Positions 1 through 12,203 of a DNA stretch of 64,000 bases are shown in pieces. Source of the DNA: Balanoglossus misakiensis (taxonomy: Eukaryota; Animalia; Hemichordata); contig CM082590.2 of NCBI GenBank assembly GCA_040954595.2, positions 7,998,001-8,062,000 of the forward strand, read 5' to 3'. The stretch's first letter is position 1. The number at the start of each line of letters is the position of its first letter. The translations under genes and the position numbers were made by a program. The notes beneath the pieces are model-generated. The model had not been told where the DNA came from, did not search any database, and saw only the letters and a program-made list of their open reading frames with translations.

Positions 1-205
1 TTTTTTCCAAAATTACACGTAATTTTCCTTATTTTCACCAAAAAAGCCATTTCGATCACTAAAATACCCATTTCTTACAAATTAAAGGTCAGTTTTACCA
101 TTAAAGTTCCGAATTTACATGCCTTTTCCACTATTTTCACCAAAAAAGCCATTTTGATCACTAAAATACCCATTTCTTTCAAATTTAAGGTCATTTCAAC
201 CATTT
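1..205. repeat. End of a ~100-bp AT-rich tandem repeat
   Basis: ttttcaccaaaaaagccattt.gatcactaaaatacccatttctt..aaatt.aaggtca occurs at ~32 and ~134; truncated by the window start. Confidence 0.7.
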
Positions 206-659
206 TAACAGCTAAAAGCAATGCGAATGATGTAAAAAGTTGTAAAATTACTGGTTGCACTGTAAAAAGTACAGTAAAATGCAGTACACACACACTGATA
301 AAGGAGCAATTGACAAATTTCATCGATAAAAAAAAAAGTCACCAAAAAAAATTTGAAATCAGCAAAAAAAAGGCGGAAAAAAAATTTTTGGGAAAAATTT
401 TTGTCTCTCGCCCTTCTCTCTCCTCCTCATCTTGTCTCCCTCCCTCCCTTTCTTCCTACCTGTTGCATGCCCCCCTCCCTGTGTCTCCCCTTGTTGCATG
501 GCCTCCCCCCTCTATCTATCCCCGGTGTATGATCTCCCCCCCTTTATTTGACCCCTGATGCATGACCCCTCCCCGTGTTTCGACTTACCTGCAAATCTTC
601 ATCCTGTGTCCAAGTTCCATCCACGTCCAGTCTTCTCCATGTGCACCATGTCCACCTCC

Positions 660-720
660 AGCGGGTCTTGATCTCGCGTCCTTCCACTTGCTAGTCACTT
701 ACCTTGACCACTAGGCCACG
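660..720 (-). repeat. Degenerate tRNA-like (Pol III A/B box) cassette 1
   Basis: Minus strand reads TGGCCTAGTGG (A box) ... GAGATCAAGACC (degenerate B box). Confidence 0.4.
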
Positions 721-974
721 GAGCTGCATGCAAACATATGCTCGGAACTTCTATATATCGGTTACCTCACTTACTAATAAGTCAGGAATAGGTATTAGAG
801 CCAATTTTTCGATAAAAAAATGGTTTTTACAGCTTCTAATGCATGGTAGAGTAAAAAAAAGAGCATATTCCTGTTTTAAGAGAGAAAAAAAGGAAAATAA
901 CTGGATCGAAGTACCAAAGGTAACTATAAGTTGAGACTCGAGAGGGCGCTGTGCTTGGCCTTTGGTTGAAAAAA

Positions 975-1046
975 ATCCCACCCTTGCCGGGGCTCGAACC
1001 CGGGATCTGCCGCATAGCAGTCCATGGCCATAACCACTAGGCCACA
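975..1046 (-). repeat. tRNA-like cassette 2 (tRNA-derived SINE head or tRNA pseudogene)
   Basis: Minus strand: gtgTGGCCTAGTGGttatggccatggactgctatgcggcagatcccgGGTTCGAGCCccgg, followed by a T-run; anticodon and acceptor stems pair poorly. Confidence 0.6.
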
Positions 1047-1512
1047 CTAATGTTTGTTTAGGTGACCAAACAACTAGTTTATGAATGCCACAACGTAATT
1101 GTATGTAAACAAGATGGCTCGATCTCGTAAAAGCAAGTACTTTTCGGCTTGCTAAAAGAAGACTGAGCTTGTTCTCGGTTAATACTGTTGGCGGTAACGT
1201 TAATTCAGTAGAAAGATGTTCATAGTTTGTACTTTACTGTCGAAAACACGCATTTTCCTAAGGGCTTTAGCGCGCCTGTGTTTGGGTCAAGTTACACGTC
1301 ACGGAAGGCTAAAGGTCATGCACAGCGCCATCTAGAGACGGTATCTACAACTAGTCAGTCACATGACAGTCGCATGCAAATGTATGTATACGTAATCCAG
1401 TTGCAATGACGTCACGGGGAAAAGGGGGAGGAATGAGACCATGATGAGCTTCTTCCTTAGTCACGTGAGGGGCAGGGGTCATCGACATCAGTCTACTATA
1501 GAAAAAAAAATG

Positions 1513-1580
1513 AATCCCTGCCGGGAATCGAACTCGGGACCGCACGCACCGTAGCCAATCACTTTAGCCACTACGCTACA
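1513..1580 (-). repeat. tRNA-like cassette 3
   Basis: Minus strand: TAGCGTAGTGG ... gAGTTCGATTCCcgg, then a T-run. Confidence 0.6.
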
Positions 1581-2054
1581 TAGTTATTTGCTTAATTTGC
1601 ATATAAACTAAGTTATATTCTATAGACTATGCTCTTGGTGGTTATTTTCGGTTCGCTACAGTGAGATCGGGCTTATTAACGACAGTTTACTTCCGTAAGT
1701 TCGATAGAAAGATGCCTGTAGTTTGTACGATACTATAAAAACACTTATTTTTAAGGGCACCAGCGCGGCTGTGTTTGGGCAACGCAACACAGCCTCCGAA
1801 GGTCAAAGGAAGGGGGAGGGAGAGGGAAGCCTCTCCAGAGGGCGTTATGCACGATGTCCATTAAATACCAGACCACAACCGATCTCCAGCCACCATGCCA
1901 GACTTTATTAATTATGAAAGAGTATCGGAAAATAGTGAATTTAACCGGCTTAAGATGGTTTGAATATTAAAACTGCTTGTACCGGCTACTTTATTTGGAA
2001 CTACAGAAGAAGACCGAATGTAGACTACGTCTACTCTAGAAGAAAAAAATAGTG

Positions 2055-2121
2055 CATCCCTACTGGGACTCGAACTCGTGACCTCTCAGACCAAGGGAGG
2101 TCACTCTATCCTTTACGCCAC
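2055..2121 (-). repeat. tRNA-like cassette 4
   Basis: Minus strand: TGGCGTAAAGG ... gAGTTCGAGTCCcag, then a T-run. Confidence 0.55.
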
Positions 2122-3174
2122 AAAGTAATTTGCATAATTAGCCGGAAAACTAAGCTATGACTTATAGGACTATCACATTACGTTAATCGGTGATTACTAA
2201 AGTACTTTTCGGCTGGTTATGATGAGACTAAGCATATTTACGATCTGTCACTTCGATGGTAATGTAAATTTGATAGAAAGATGTCTGTAATTTGTACGAA
2301 TACTATCAAAAACACTACCAAACACAATATTTCTAAGGGCGATAGAGGGCGCTGTGTAGGATCATCGTTAACACAGTACTGACCAACGAAGTGGTGTTTA
2401 TGGAGATCACCTCACAACACCGTATTTTTGCAATTATAATAATTATTATGAAAGCGAATGGTAGAAAATATTAAATTTAACGGGTATAAGATGATTTGTA
2501 CATTAATACCATATATACCAGCTACTTTGTTTGGAAGTCAAATTACTGAAGAAGACTTTTATTGCTCAGAGAATCTAAGTACTAAACATGGCCAGAAGAG
2601 TTTTTCTAAATACCATAGTTGTTTCTCAGTTTTAATAACTTTGATAAAATATATTGCCAAAGTAAATTAACAATTCGCTTTCCTGATTCATCCGTTGGGG
2701 CGCTTTTCATCACATCATGTCATTGTCACTTTAATACAATTGCCAAAAGTTTCCAAATAATTGACTATGTGTTTCAGAGGTTTTCATATAATTTATTACG
2801 TAGGCCTGACAACGATGATGAAGGTGACTATGACGCTGGTGGTGATATTAACAAAGGAAGTGGAGGGTTGGGGGGACTTATGACAATAATTTTCCAGAGA
2901 CATTTAATTGTTCAGACAATGTCATATTTATTTCAATAAAAAACAAGCGCATTTACAATCTGGGCGTTATCTACCACATCATAAACTTTGGTACTGTGCA
3001 GTGTTTTGCGTGAATTGTCAAAAAATGTCCATTCCAAATCTTCCTTCAATTTATTACATTAAAAAAACAGAGTGGCATAGGAAACTATAGTATGGAATAA
3101 GGATAGAATTTATTGCATTAATTCATATTCCAAAATGAACGGCCAGAATCAGAGGTTGCTAATATTATTGTGCG

Positions 3175-3918
3175 GAAGAAATTGAAGAAATTTTGAAAAT
3201 TCGCAAAGTCGAAAAATTGTCATTTTTTGATAAAAATCATGAGCTATAACCCATGATTTTTTCAAAAATTGAAGAAATTTTGAAAATTCGCAAAGTCAAA
3301 AAATTGTCATTTTTTGATCAAAATCATGAGCTATAACCCATGATTTTTTCAAAAAATGAAGAAATTTTGAAAATTCGCAAAGTCGAAAAATTGTCATTTT
3401 TTGATCAAAATCATGAGCTATAACCCATGATTTTTTCAAAAAATGAAGAAATTTTGAAAATTCGCAAAGTCGAAAAATTGTCATTTTTTGATCAAAATCA
3501 TGAGCTATAACCCATGATTTTTTCAAAAAATGAAGAAATTTTGAAAATTCGCAAAGTCGAAAAATTGTCATTTATTGATAAAAATCATGAGCTATAACCC
3601 ATGATTTTTTCAAAAAATGAAGAAATTTTGAAAATTCGCAAAGTCGAAAAATTGTCATTTATTGATAAAAATCATGAGCTATAACCCATGATTTTTTCAA
3701 AAAATGAAGAAATTTTGAAAATTCGCAAAGTCGAAAAATTGTCATTTATTGATAAAAATCATGAGCTATAACCCATGATTTTTTCAAAAAATGAAGAAAT
3801 TTTGAAAATTCGCAAAGTCGAAAAATTGTCATTTATTGATAAAAATCATGAGCTATAACCCATGATTTTTTCAAGAAATGAAGAAATTTTGAAAATTCGC
3901 AAAGTCGAAAAATTATCA
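3175..3918. repeat. 87-bp tandem minisatellite, ~8.5 near-identical copies
   Basis: Unit gaagaaattttgaaaattcgcaaagtcgaaaaattgtcatt...aaaatcatgagctataacccatgattttttcaaaaaat; the ORF track shows the matching 29-aa periodicity. Confidence 0.95.
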
Positions 3919-4779
3919 CTAAAATCATTAAGAATGGCAGCTACTGGGGCTTTAATGTTGCCATGCATTTATAATTTAATTCACATTCCAAATGAAAGGC
4001 CAGAATCAGAGGTTGCTAATATTATTGTGCGTACCTATCATTAAGAATGGCAGCTACTGGGGCTTTAATGTTGCCACTATCAACACTTCACTAAGCAATC
4101 ATCTCATACCAGTATTATATTTCATAACTATCCCCCAATCAAATAAATACAAACTTCACGAGGCAAATGAATACCACTTTTCTAAGCTGTGGCCCCTGTT
4201 AGCAATTATTGAAAGTTCAAGTAGAATTCACCTCTGAAAATTTTCTATTGTATTCAAGGCAACTTTAATTTTCTTTTAAAATTAAAAATAAAATTTTGGG
4301 GTCAGCATCCAAAAGTATGAATGATAGACCAACATCATCTGAATCAGAGGTCGATTACTTGGTTGTGTATACCTATCAGTAAAATGTCCATGGGCGAGGA
4401 ACAAACTCTCTGAGCAAAACTCAAACTTGTCTTTTTTTATATGCGAGCTGAATACTTCCTTGATTGAACTGTTAGCAGTTACATTTTGCCTACACACTAA
4501 TACATTGGACGGCTCGATGGCCAGTTTCAGGGGAAGGGGAAGGGGAGGGGGAGGTTGTTTTGACTGGGCAGACGATTCATTCTCTTGGTAAACACCCCCC
4601 CCCCCAACACCATGTGATGATGTGATCTGAGACAATTACCTTGCTGAACACAATAATCTCAGGACTGCCACTTGTAGCATATTCTTAATCAATGAAATAA
4701 CTCAATCTCATCCTTTACATTGGATGGGTAGATGGCCAGTTTCGGATCTGGGGGAGGGGCAGGGGCAGGGGGGGGAGTG

Positions 4780-6980
4780 CTTGATGAATAGGGGGCTATA
4801 GCTCACCTCACATTGTCATTCACTAATGTAGTGGGGGAGGGAGAGGGGTACTTGATGACTAGGGGGCTGTAGCTCACATTGCCATTCACTAATGTAGTGG
4901 GGGAGGGGGAGGGTTGCTTGATGACTAGGGGGCTATAGCTCACATTGTCATTCACTTATGTAGTGGGGGAAGGGAGGGGTACTTGATGACTAGGGGGCTA
5001 TAGCTCACCTCACATTGTCATTCACTAATGTAGTGGGGGAGGGGAGGGTTGCTTGATGACTAGGGGGCTATAATAGCTCACCTCACATTGTCATTCACTA
5101 ATGTAGTGGGGGAGGGGGAGGGGTACTTGATGACTAGGGGGCTATAGCTCACCTCACATTGTCATTCACTAATGTAGTGGGGGAGGGGAGGGTTGCTTGA
5201 TGACTAGGGGGCTATAATAGCTCACCTCACATTGTCATTCACTAATGTAGTGGGGGAGGGGGAGGGGTACTTGATGACTAGGGGGCTATAGCTCACCTCA
5301 CATTGTCATTCACTAATGTAGTGGGGGAGGGGAGGGTTGCTTGATGACTAGGGGGCTATAATAGCTCACCTCACATTGTCATTCACTAATGTAGTGGGGG
5401 AGGGGGAGGGGTACTTGATGACTAGGGGGCTATAGCTCACCTCACATTGTCATTCACTAATGTAGTGGGGGAGGGGAGGGTTGCTTGATGACTAGGGGGC
5501 TATAATAGCTCACCTCACATTGTCATTCACTAATGTAGTGGGGGAGGGGGAGGGGTACTTGATGACTAGGGGGCTATAGCTCACCTCACATTGTCATTCA
5601 CTAATGTAGTGGGGAGGGGGAGGGATGCTTGATGACTAGGGGGCTATAGCTCACATCGTCATTCACTAATGTAGTGGGGGAGGGGGAGGGGTACTTAATG
5701 ACTAGGGGGCTATAGCTCACCTCACATTGTCATTCACTAATGTAGTGGGGAGGGGGAGGGCTGCTTGATGATTGGGGCTATAGCTCACCTCACATTGTCA
5801 TTCACTAATGTAGTGGGGGAGGGGAGGGTTGCTTGATGACTAGGGGGCTATAGCTCACCTCACATTGTCATTCACTAATGTAGTGGGGGAGGGGAGGGTT
5901 GCTTGATGACTAGGGGGCTATAGCTCACCTCACATTGTCATTCACTAATGTAGTGGGGGAGGGGGAGGGCTGCTTGATGATTGGGGCTATAGTTCACCTC
6001 ACATTGTCATTCACTAATGTAGTGGGGGAGGGGAAGGGTTGCTTGATGACTAGGGGCTATAGCTCACCTCACATTGTCATTCACTAATGTAGTGGGGGAG
6101 GGGAGGGGTACTTGATGACTAGGGGGCTATAGCTCACCTCACATTGTCATTCACTAATGTAGTGGGGGAGAGGGAGGGATGCTTGATGACTAGGGGGCTA
6201 TAATAGCTCACCTCACATTGTCATTCACTAATGTAGTGGGGGAGGGGGAGGGTTGCTTGATGACTAGGGGGCTATAGCTCACCTCACATTGTCATTCACT
6301 AATGTAGTGGGAGGGGGAGGGATGCTTGATGACTAGGGGCTATAGCTCACCTCACATTGTCATTCACTAATGTAGTGGGGGAGGGGAGGGGTACTTGATG
6401 ACTAGGGGGCTATAGCTCACCTCACATTGTCATTCACTAATGTAGTGGGGGAGAGGGAGGGATGCTTGATGACTAGGGGGCTATAATAGCTCACCTCACA
6501 TTGTCATTCACTAATGTAGTGGGGGAGGGGGAGGGTTGCTTGATGACTAGGGGGCTATAGCTCACCTCACATTGTCATTCACTAATGTAGTGGGGAGGGG
6601 GAGGGATGCTTGATGACTAGGGGGCTATAACTCACCTCACATTGTCATTCACTAATGTAGTGGGGAGGGGGAGGGATGCTTGATGACTAGGGGGCTAAAG
6701 CTCACATCGTCATTCACTAATGTAGTGGGGGAGGGGGAGGGATGCTTGATGACTAGGGGGCTATAGCTCACATCGTCATTCACTAATGTAGTGGCGGAGG
6801 GGGAGGGGTACTTGATGACTAGGGGGGCTATAGCTCACATTGTCATTCACTAATGTAGTGGGGAGGGGGAGGGCTGCTTGATGATTGGGGCTATAGTTCA
6901 CCTCACATTGTCATTCACTAATGTAGTGGGGAGGGGGAGGGATGCTTGATGACTAGGGGGCTCACATTGTCATTTACTAA
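4780..6980. repeat. ~70-bp G-rich tandem minisatellite, ~30 copies
   Basis: Unit tagctcacctcacattgtcattcactaatgtagtgggggaggggagggttgcttgatgactagggggcta (e.g. 5781-5850). Confidence 0.95.
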
Positions 6981-7539
6981 CTACATGTCTACCTGACAGT
7001 CGAAATTTGTTCATTTTCTCTGATGACTAGGGGGCTATAGCTTACATCGTCATTCACTAACTACATGTCTGCCTGACAGTCGAAATTTGTTCATTTTCTC
7101 ATCAAAGCTTGCAGTAAGCCATGTTGAAAATACAGCTCAAAAGTACAACTCTGTAAATATGACCACCCCCAAAAGTAGCAATCTTTATTTTCCCAAGAAT
7201 TCAACATTTTCAAATCACCCCAGTGTTTGTCATTTACTTTTGAGTGTTATATAGATTTTAGACAGAAACAGTTCTCTTATCCGTTGACTGCCAATATGCA
7301 ACTAAGGACTTGGCTGTCTGACTGTTTATTCATTATGTCAATCACAAATTCAAACTGAGTAGCTCTGTTCTACGATGTGGTGTACAAGGTACTAACTCAG
7401 GTCTGGAATGTGGATGGCCCACACATCAGCTCAAATGTACATCTCATACCTGTGAAAAAAACATACCAGACACATTATATAACAATTCAGTTTGGCATGG
7501 AAAATTTATGATTTCATTTCATAATTTTCAATAAATGTA

Positions 7540-10500
7540 AACATAAATCGATATAATAAAAAGTATAGAAAATAGAAGTGACTATGGCATTCATCCTGAA
7601 AGAAAGCAGACAGAACCAATAGGCAAAAAGCCAGATTAGAAACACAATATCTCAATGTTTGAATTCACAAAACACTATCAGAAATATCTCTTCTTTGAGT
7701 CATCCAAGAATTGTTTGATCTGCTTTCACTAAAATTAATATTCTCATCTTTGTTTATCAATGTCATTATCAGTCCTCTCAGAGTGAGGAGATTGAGGAGT
7801 CAATGAGGTCAACTGTTCTCACCTTTTCCATTCATGGTTCGTATCCATGGTTTCTGACTGATGGTTTCAGCATATCAATCCAAAATCTGGGTTACCAAGG
7901 TGATGTCATTTTCATCCTGTTAATATTAAACAAATAAAACTGTGAGAATCATAAGTTATTACAGCCTGTGTTTGGCTTTACTTTGAAGTCAAACTACACA
8001 CACAGTACACTCCCATTTTCTAGAAAGCTCACAATCCAATACAGACATTAACAAACAACACACACTCTGTTAATTCAAGCCAAACACAAAATAGACAAAC
8101 ATTTTCAAAATAGTATAAAAAATAGAAGTGACTATGGCATTCATCCTGAAACAAAGCAGAATCAAATAAAGGCAAAAGCCAGGTTAGAAACCAGTCTCAA
8201 TAAAAAGTAATGCACTATGGTAAATTCTCTTGGACATGTTACAGAAATCAGAAATCTCATCTTTGTTATGAATGCTGTTATCAGTTGCATGAGAGTAAGG
8301 AAACTGAGAAGTCAATGAGGTCAAACTGTTCTCACCTTTTCCATTCATGGTCCGTATCCATGGTTTCTGACTGCTGTTTCAAGCATATCAATCCAACCCT
8401 CGGTTACCAAGGTGATATCATTTTCATCCTGTTAATAAAAATAAACAAAACTGTGAGAATCATAAGTTATTACAGCCTGTGTTTGGCTTGACTTTAATTA
8501 AAGTCGAACTACATCCACAGTACACTCCCATACAGACATAAACAAACAACACACACTCTGTTAATTCAAGCCAAACACAAAATAGACAAATATTTTCAAA
8601 ATAGTATAAAAAGTAGAAGTGACTAGTGTGTTCATCCTGAAACAAAGCAGAATCAATTAAAGGCAAAAAGCCAGGTTAGAAACCAGTCTCAATAAAAAGT
8701 AATGCACTATGGTAAATTCTCTTGGACATGTTTCGTTTCCATACGCAATGTATAGCAAGAATTAGTTGATCTTCTTTCAGTAAAATCAGTAACCTCATCT
8801 TTGTCTATCAATGATGTTATCAGTCGCATGAGAGTAAGGAAATTGAGGAGTCAATGAGGTCAACTGTTCTCACCTTTTCCATTCATGATCCGTATCCATG
8901 GTTTCTGACTGGTGTTTCGAGCATATCAATCCAAACCTTGAAAACCTAGGTTACCAAGGTGATATCATTTCCATCCTGTTGACAAAAACAAACAAAACTG
9001 TGAGAATCATAAGTCATTACAGCCTGTGTTTGGCTTTACTTTATAGTCAAACTACATCCACAGTACACTCTCATTTTCTAGAAAGCTCACAAATCCCATA
9101 CAGACATACACACAAGATGTTCATTCAAGCCAAACACAAAATAGACAAATATCTATATATATTGTTAAAGAAGTATAAAAAATAGAAGCGACTAGCGTGT
9201 TCATCCTGAAACAAAGCAGAATCAAATAAAGGCAAAAAGCCAGGTTAGAAACTAGTCTCAATGAAAAGTAATGCACTATGGTAAATTCTCTTGGACATGT
9301 TTCAGAAATCAGAAATCTCATCTTTGTTATGAATGCTGTTATCAGTCGCATGAGAGTAAGGAAACTAAGAAGTAAATGAGGTCAAACTGTTCTCACCTTT
9401 TCCATTAATAGTCCGTGTATCCATGGTTTCTGACTAGTGTTTCAAGCATATCAATCCAACCATCGGTTACCATGGTGATATCATTTTCATCCTGTTGATA
9501 AAAATAAACAAAACTGTGAGAATCATAAGTCATTACAGCCTGTGTTTGGCTTTATTTTGAAGTTGAACTACATCCACAGTACACTCACATTTTCTAGAAA
9601 GCTCACAATCCCATACAGACATAAACAAACAACACACACTCTGTTCATTCAAGCCAAACACAAACTAGAGAAATATCTATATACATTTATAAAATAGTAT
9701 AAAAAATAGAAGCGACTAGTGTGTTCATCCTGAAACAAAGCAGACAGAACCAAATAAAGGCAAAAAGCCAGGTTAGAAACTAGTCTCAATGAAAATACAT
9801 TTTTGAATTCACAAAACACTAGCAGAAACATCTCGTCTTCTATCTGTGCAAGAGTTATTTGATCTGCTTTCACTAAAAATTTTTTTTTATCGATGTTGTT
9901 AACAAACAGATTTCCTGCACCAGCCACAGAGACACTACATGTATGAGTTTTGGGAAATTAAGGAGTCAATAAGGTCAACTGTTCTCACCTTTTCCATTCA
10001 TGGTCCGTATCCATGGTTTCTGACTTACAGAACTACCGAGCATGTCAATCCTATCCATGGAAACCTGGGTAAGTAGGTTTAAAAAGTTATATCATTTACA
10101 TCCTGCAAACAAAAATACAGATAAATGTGAGACTCATATATTATTACAGCCTGTGTATATGTCAATTTTGAGAGTATTTGGTAGATACCAAACTACCTCC
10201 ACACTACACTAACATTTTCTACAAACTTATCATATACAGACACACACAAACAACACACAGGCTGTTCATTGAAACCAAACACAACTGAACATAATATTAT
10301 CTCTATATATTTATAAAAACAATGGAGTGACTATTGAGTTCTTCCTGAAACAAAGCAGACAGAAACATGGCAAAAGTCAGGTTAGAAAATGTTTAAATTC
10401 ACAGTAGAAATATCTTTTCTTCTATTCATGCAGGAATTATGTGTTCTGCTTCCTTTAAAATCAATAATTTAAATAATTTAATCTTTGTTTATCAATACAC
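7540..10500. repeat. Diverged ~490-615-bp tandem array, ~6 units
   Basis: Anchor aga(a)gtgacta..g.(g/a)ttc.tcctgaaa recurs near 7575, 8125, 8615, 9185, 9710 and 10325; the blocks caactgttctcaccttttccattcatgg and attacagcctgtgt recur between anchors. Confidence 0.9.
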
Positions 10501-10779
10501 CCCCCTCCCCCCACCCACCCCCGACAGCACTTCCGGGTTGCTGAAAACGCCCCCCCCCCTTTCATCAGGGCAGTACATGTATAAGGCAGTGCGAACGATA
10601 CTGTTGGTGTGTAAAAGCCAGTTACGATTATGATGCATCAACTTACTCTTCCTTGTTTGAAGTTCCGCGGGTTTTCCAGGATTCTTGATTCCACAGTCAC
10701 GACAGCCACCAATGAAACAAGTACAAGGAGACACGTGGGGTGGATACATGCCAGCGACCCATACACCGTTACACGGCTC

Positions 10780-10902
10780 GGTTATGGTCTAATGTTAACG
10801 GTCAGGGGTTTGGTTAGTGTTAGGGTTAGTGTTAGTTTAGCGTTAGGGCTAGGGTTAGGCAGTTTCGCGCAATTCCCTGACCGTTAACACCAGACCACAA
10901 CC
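10780..10902. repeat. Inverted-repeat element enclosing a degenerate TTAGGG-like tract
   Basis: Arms 10780-10807 and 10875-10902 match 25/28 as reverse complements; the core reads ggttagtgttagggttagtgttagtttagcgttagggctagggttagg. Confidence 0.7.
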
Positions 10903-11134
10903 CAATACAACCACGATGCATGTTTGGTCTTTGGGCGCCGCCATTTTGAAAACATTCAACAGCTGAGGTCAACAGGGGTCATTCGTTCTGCATGCTGATT
11001 GGCTAAAAAAGTGGGCGCCGCCATTTTGTATAATTTCAACAGCTGAGGTCATCAGGGGTCACTCGTTCTGCATGCTCATTGGCTAAAAAAGTAAGGAAGA
11101 TTAAAACCCCAAAACTGTCATTTGTCGCATATTT

Positions 11135-11250
11135 TTAACCCCTTGACTACCTATAGTGCCGGAAAATTCCCACGCCATATTTAAATTAGTAAGGATCTGT
11201 AGTTTGTTTGGTATATAGGGGTACAAGGCTGATGATATTCAAGGGGTTAA
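11135..11250. mobile_element. piggyBac-like MITE
   Basis: TTAA-CCCCTTGA ... TCAAGGGG-TTAA termini. Confidence 0.55.
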
Positions 11251-11402
11251 TATGTAAAGTATTTCACTTCTCTCATGCTAAGTTGACAGGCATTTTAAAA
11301 TTTTGAGATTCTAATACATGTACACTTATGTGCATACAACAATAGCTGTGTATGGGTGGCTGTATAAACAAGTATGTTTGTGTTTCTGAGTTTGAAAGAA
11401 GA

Positions 11403-11492
11403 TCTCTTTCACTACCATGGTTTGGTCGAAATCCATTATTTTCTATGGAAAAGTTGGACCTCTATACAGAGAAAGAGGGGTGAAAGAGTCAA
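11403..11492. mobile_element. Degenerate copy of the ~90-bp piggyBac-like MITE
   Basis: Similar to the reverse complement of 42782-42874 (accatggtttgg...aagttggacctct...ggggtgaaag). Confidence 0.55.
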
Positions 11493-11644
11493 ACACAAAT
11501 CAACACAAAATTTATGTTTCTGTATAATTGTTTAATATTTATTCTGTAAATCTACATCTGTTAACTATACAATGCAAATTTCTTCTGTAAGAATTGGTGG
11601 AAATATATAAAATAATGAAAATGTATAATTATTACATTTTTAAT

Positions 11645-11787
11645 ATCCTACAAACGGGATGGAAGTTGTGTGTGGTTGAACGTTGATTCACTATAAATCC
11701 ACATGTAGAATAACATAAACAGTGTCTTGTATCCCAAACATAATTAACAGAAAAAGGGCAGCGAGAGAGAGACTTTGTCCCTTTAAA
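11645..11787. mobile_element. Right half of TTAA-flanked MITE family A (Kolobok-like)
   Basis: Ends gggcagcgagagagagactttgtccctttaa, identical to the terminus of the full copy at 42882-43236. Confidence 0.75.
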
Positions 11788-12203
11788 ATGCTCTTTGCTT
11801 TCAGAGTCTAAAATGAAGAAAAATAGTTCAATATTCCCAATGAGGTAGTCTGCATCCTGTGGACAGATTCTTTCTGAAAAAAAAATTCTCAAAACCTTTC
11901 TATTCTACACTATATTATTATTAAAGAGTGTGACAAGTCTTTTTTGAAAACAAAGAAGAAAACAGGGTTTGCTTGTCTAGTTTCCATAGAAATAATTATT
12001 TTTTTTCTACGGAGGTTAATCAGAGATTGGCAGCCATTTTGAAGTTGAATTGTAGAAACATTTCAGAGATATCACTGGCCATAGTAATGTTACAGAGAGT
12101 TGGAGAGTTTCATATAATGGAAAATACTTGTGTCTTTTAAAGTTTGAAGGTGGCAGAGTTGAAGATCGGTAGTAGTACATTGTACTGCATACCCCTCCTC
12201 TGC

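Noticed and set aside
975-2121. Functional tRNA genes
   Set aside because: A/B boxes are present but the cloverleaf stems pair poorly; reported as tRNA-like repeats instead.
3296-3571. ORF with 29-aa repeats
   Set aside because: Translation of the 87-bp satellite.
4282-4635. 117-aa minus-strand ORF
   Set aside because: No recognisable domain or splice context; lies between satellites and is probably repeat-derived.
3175-6980. Regular repeats resembling a CRISPR array
   Set aside because: Units are contiguous with no unique spacers, there are no cas genes, and the context is eukaryotic.
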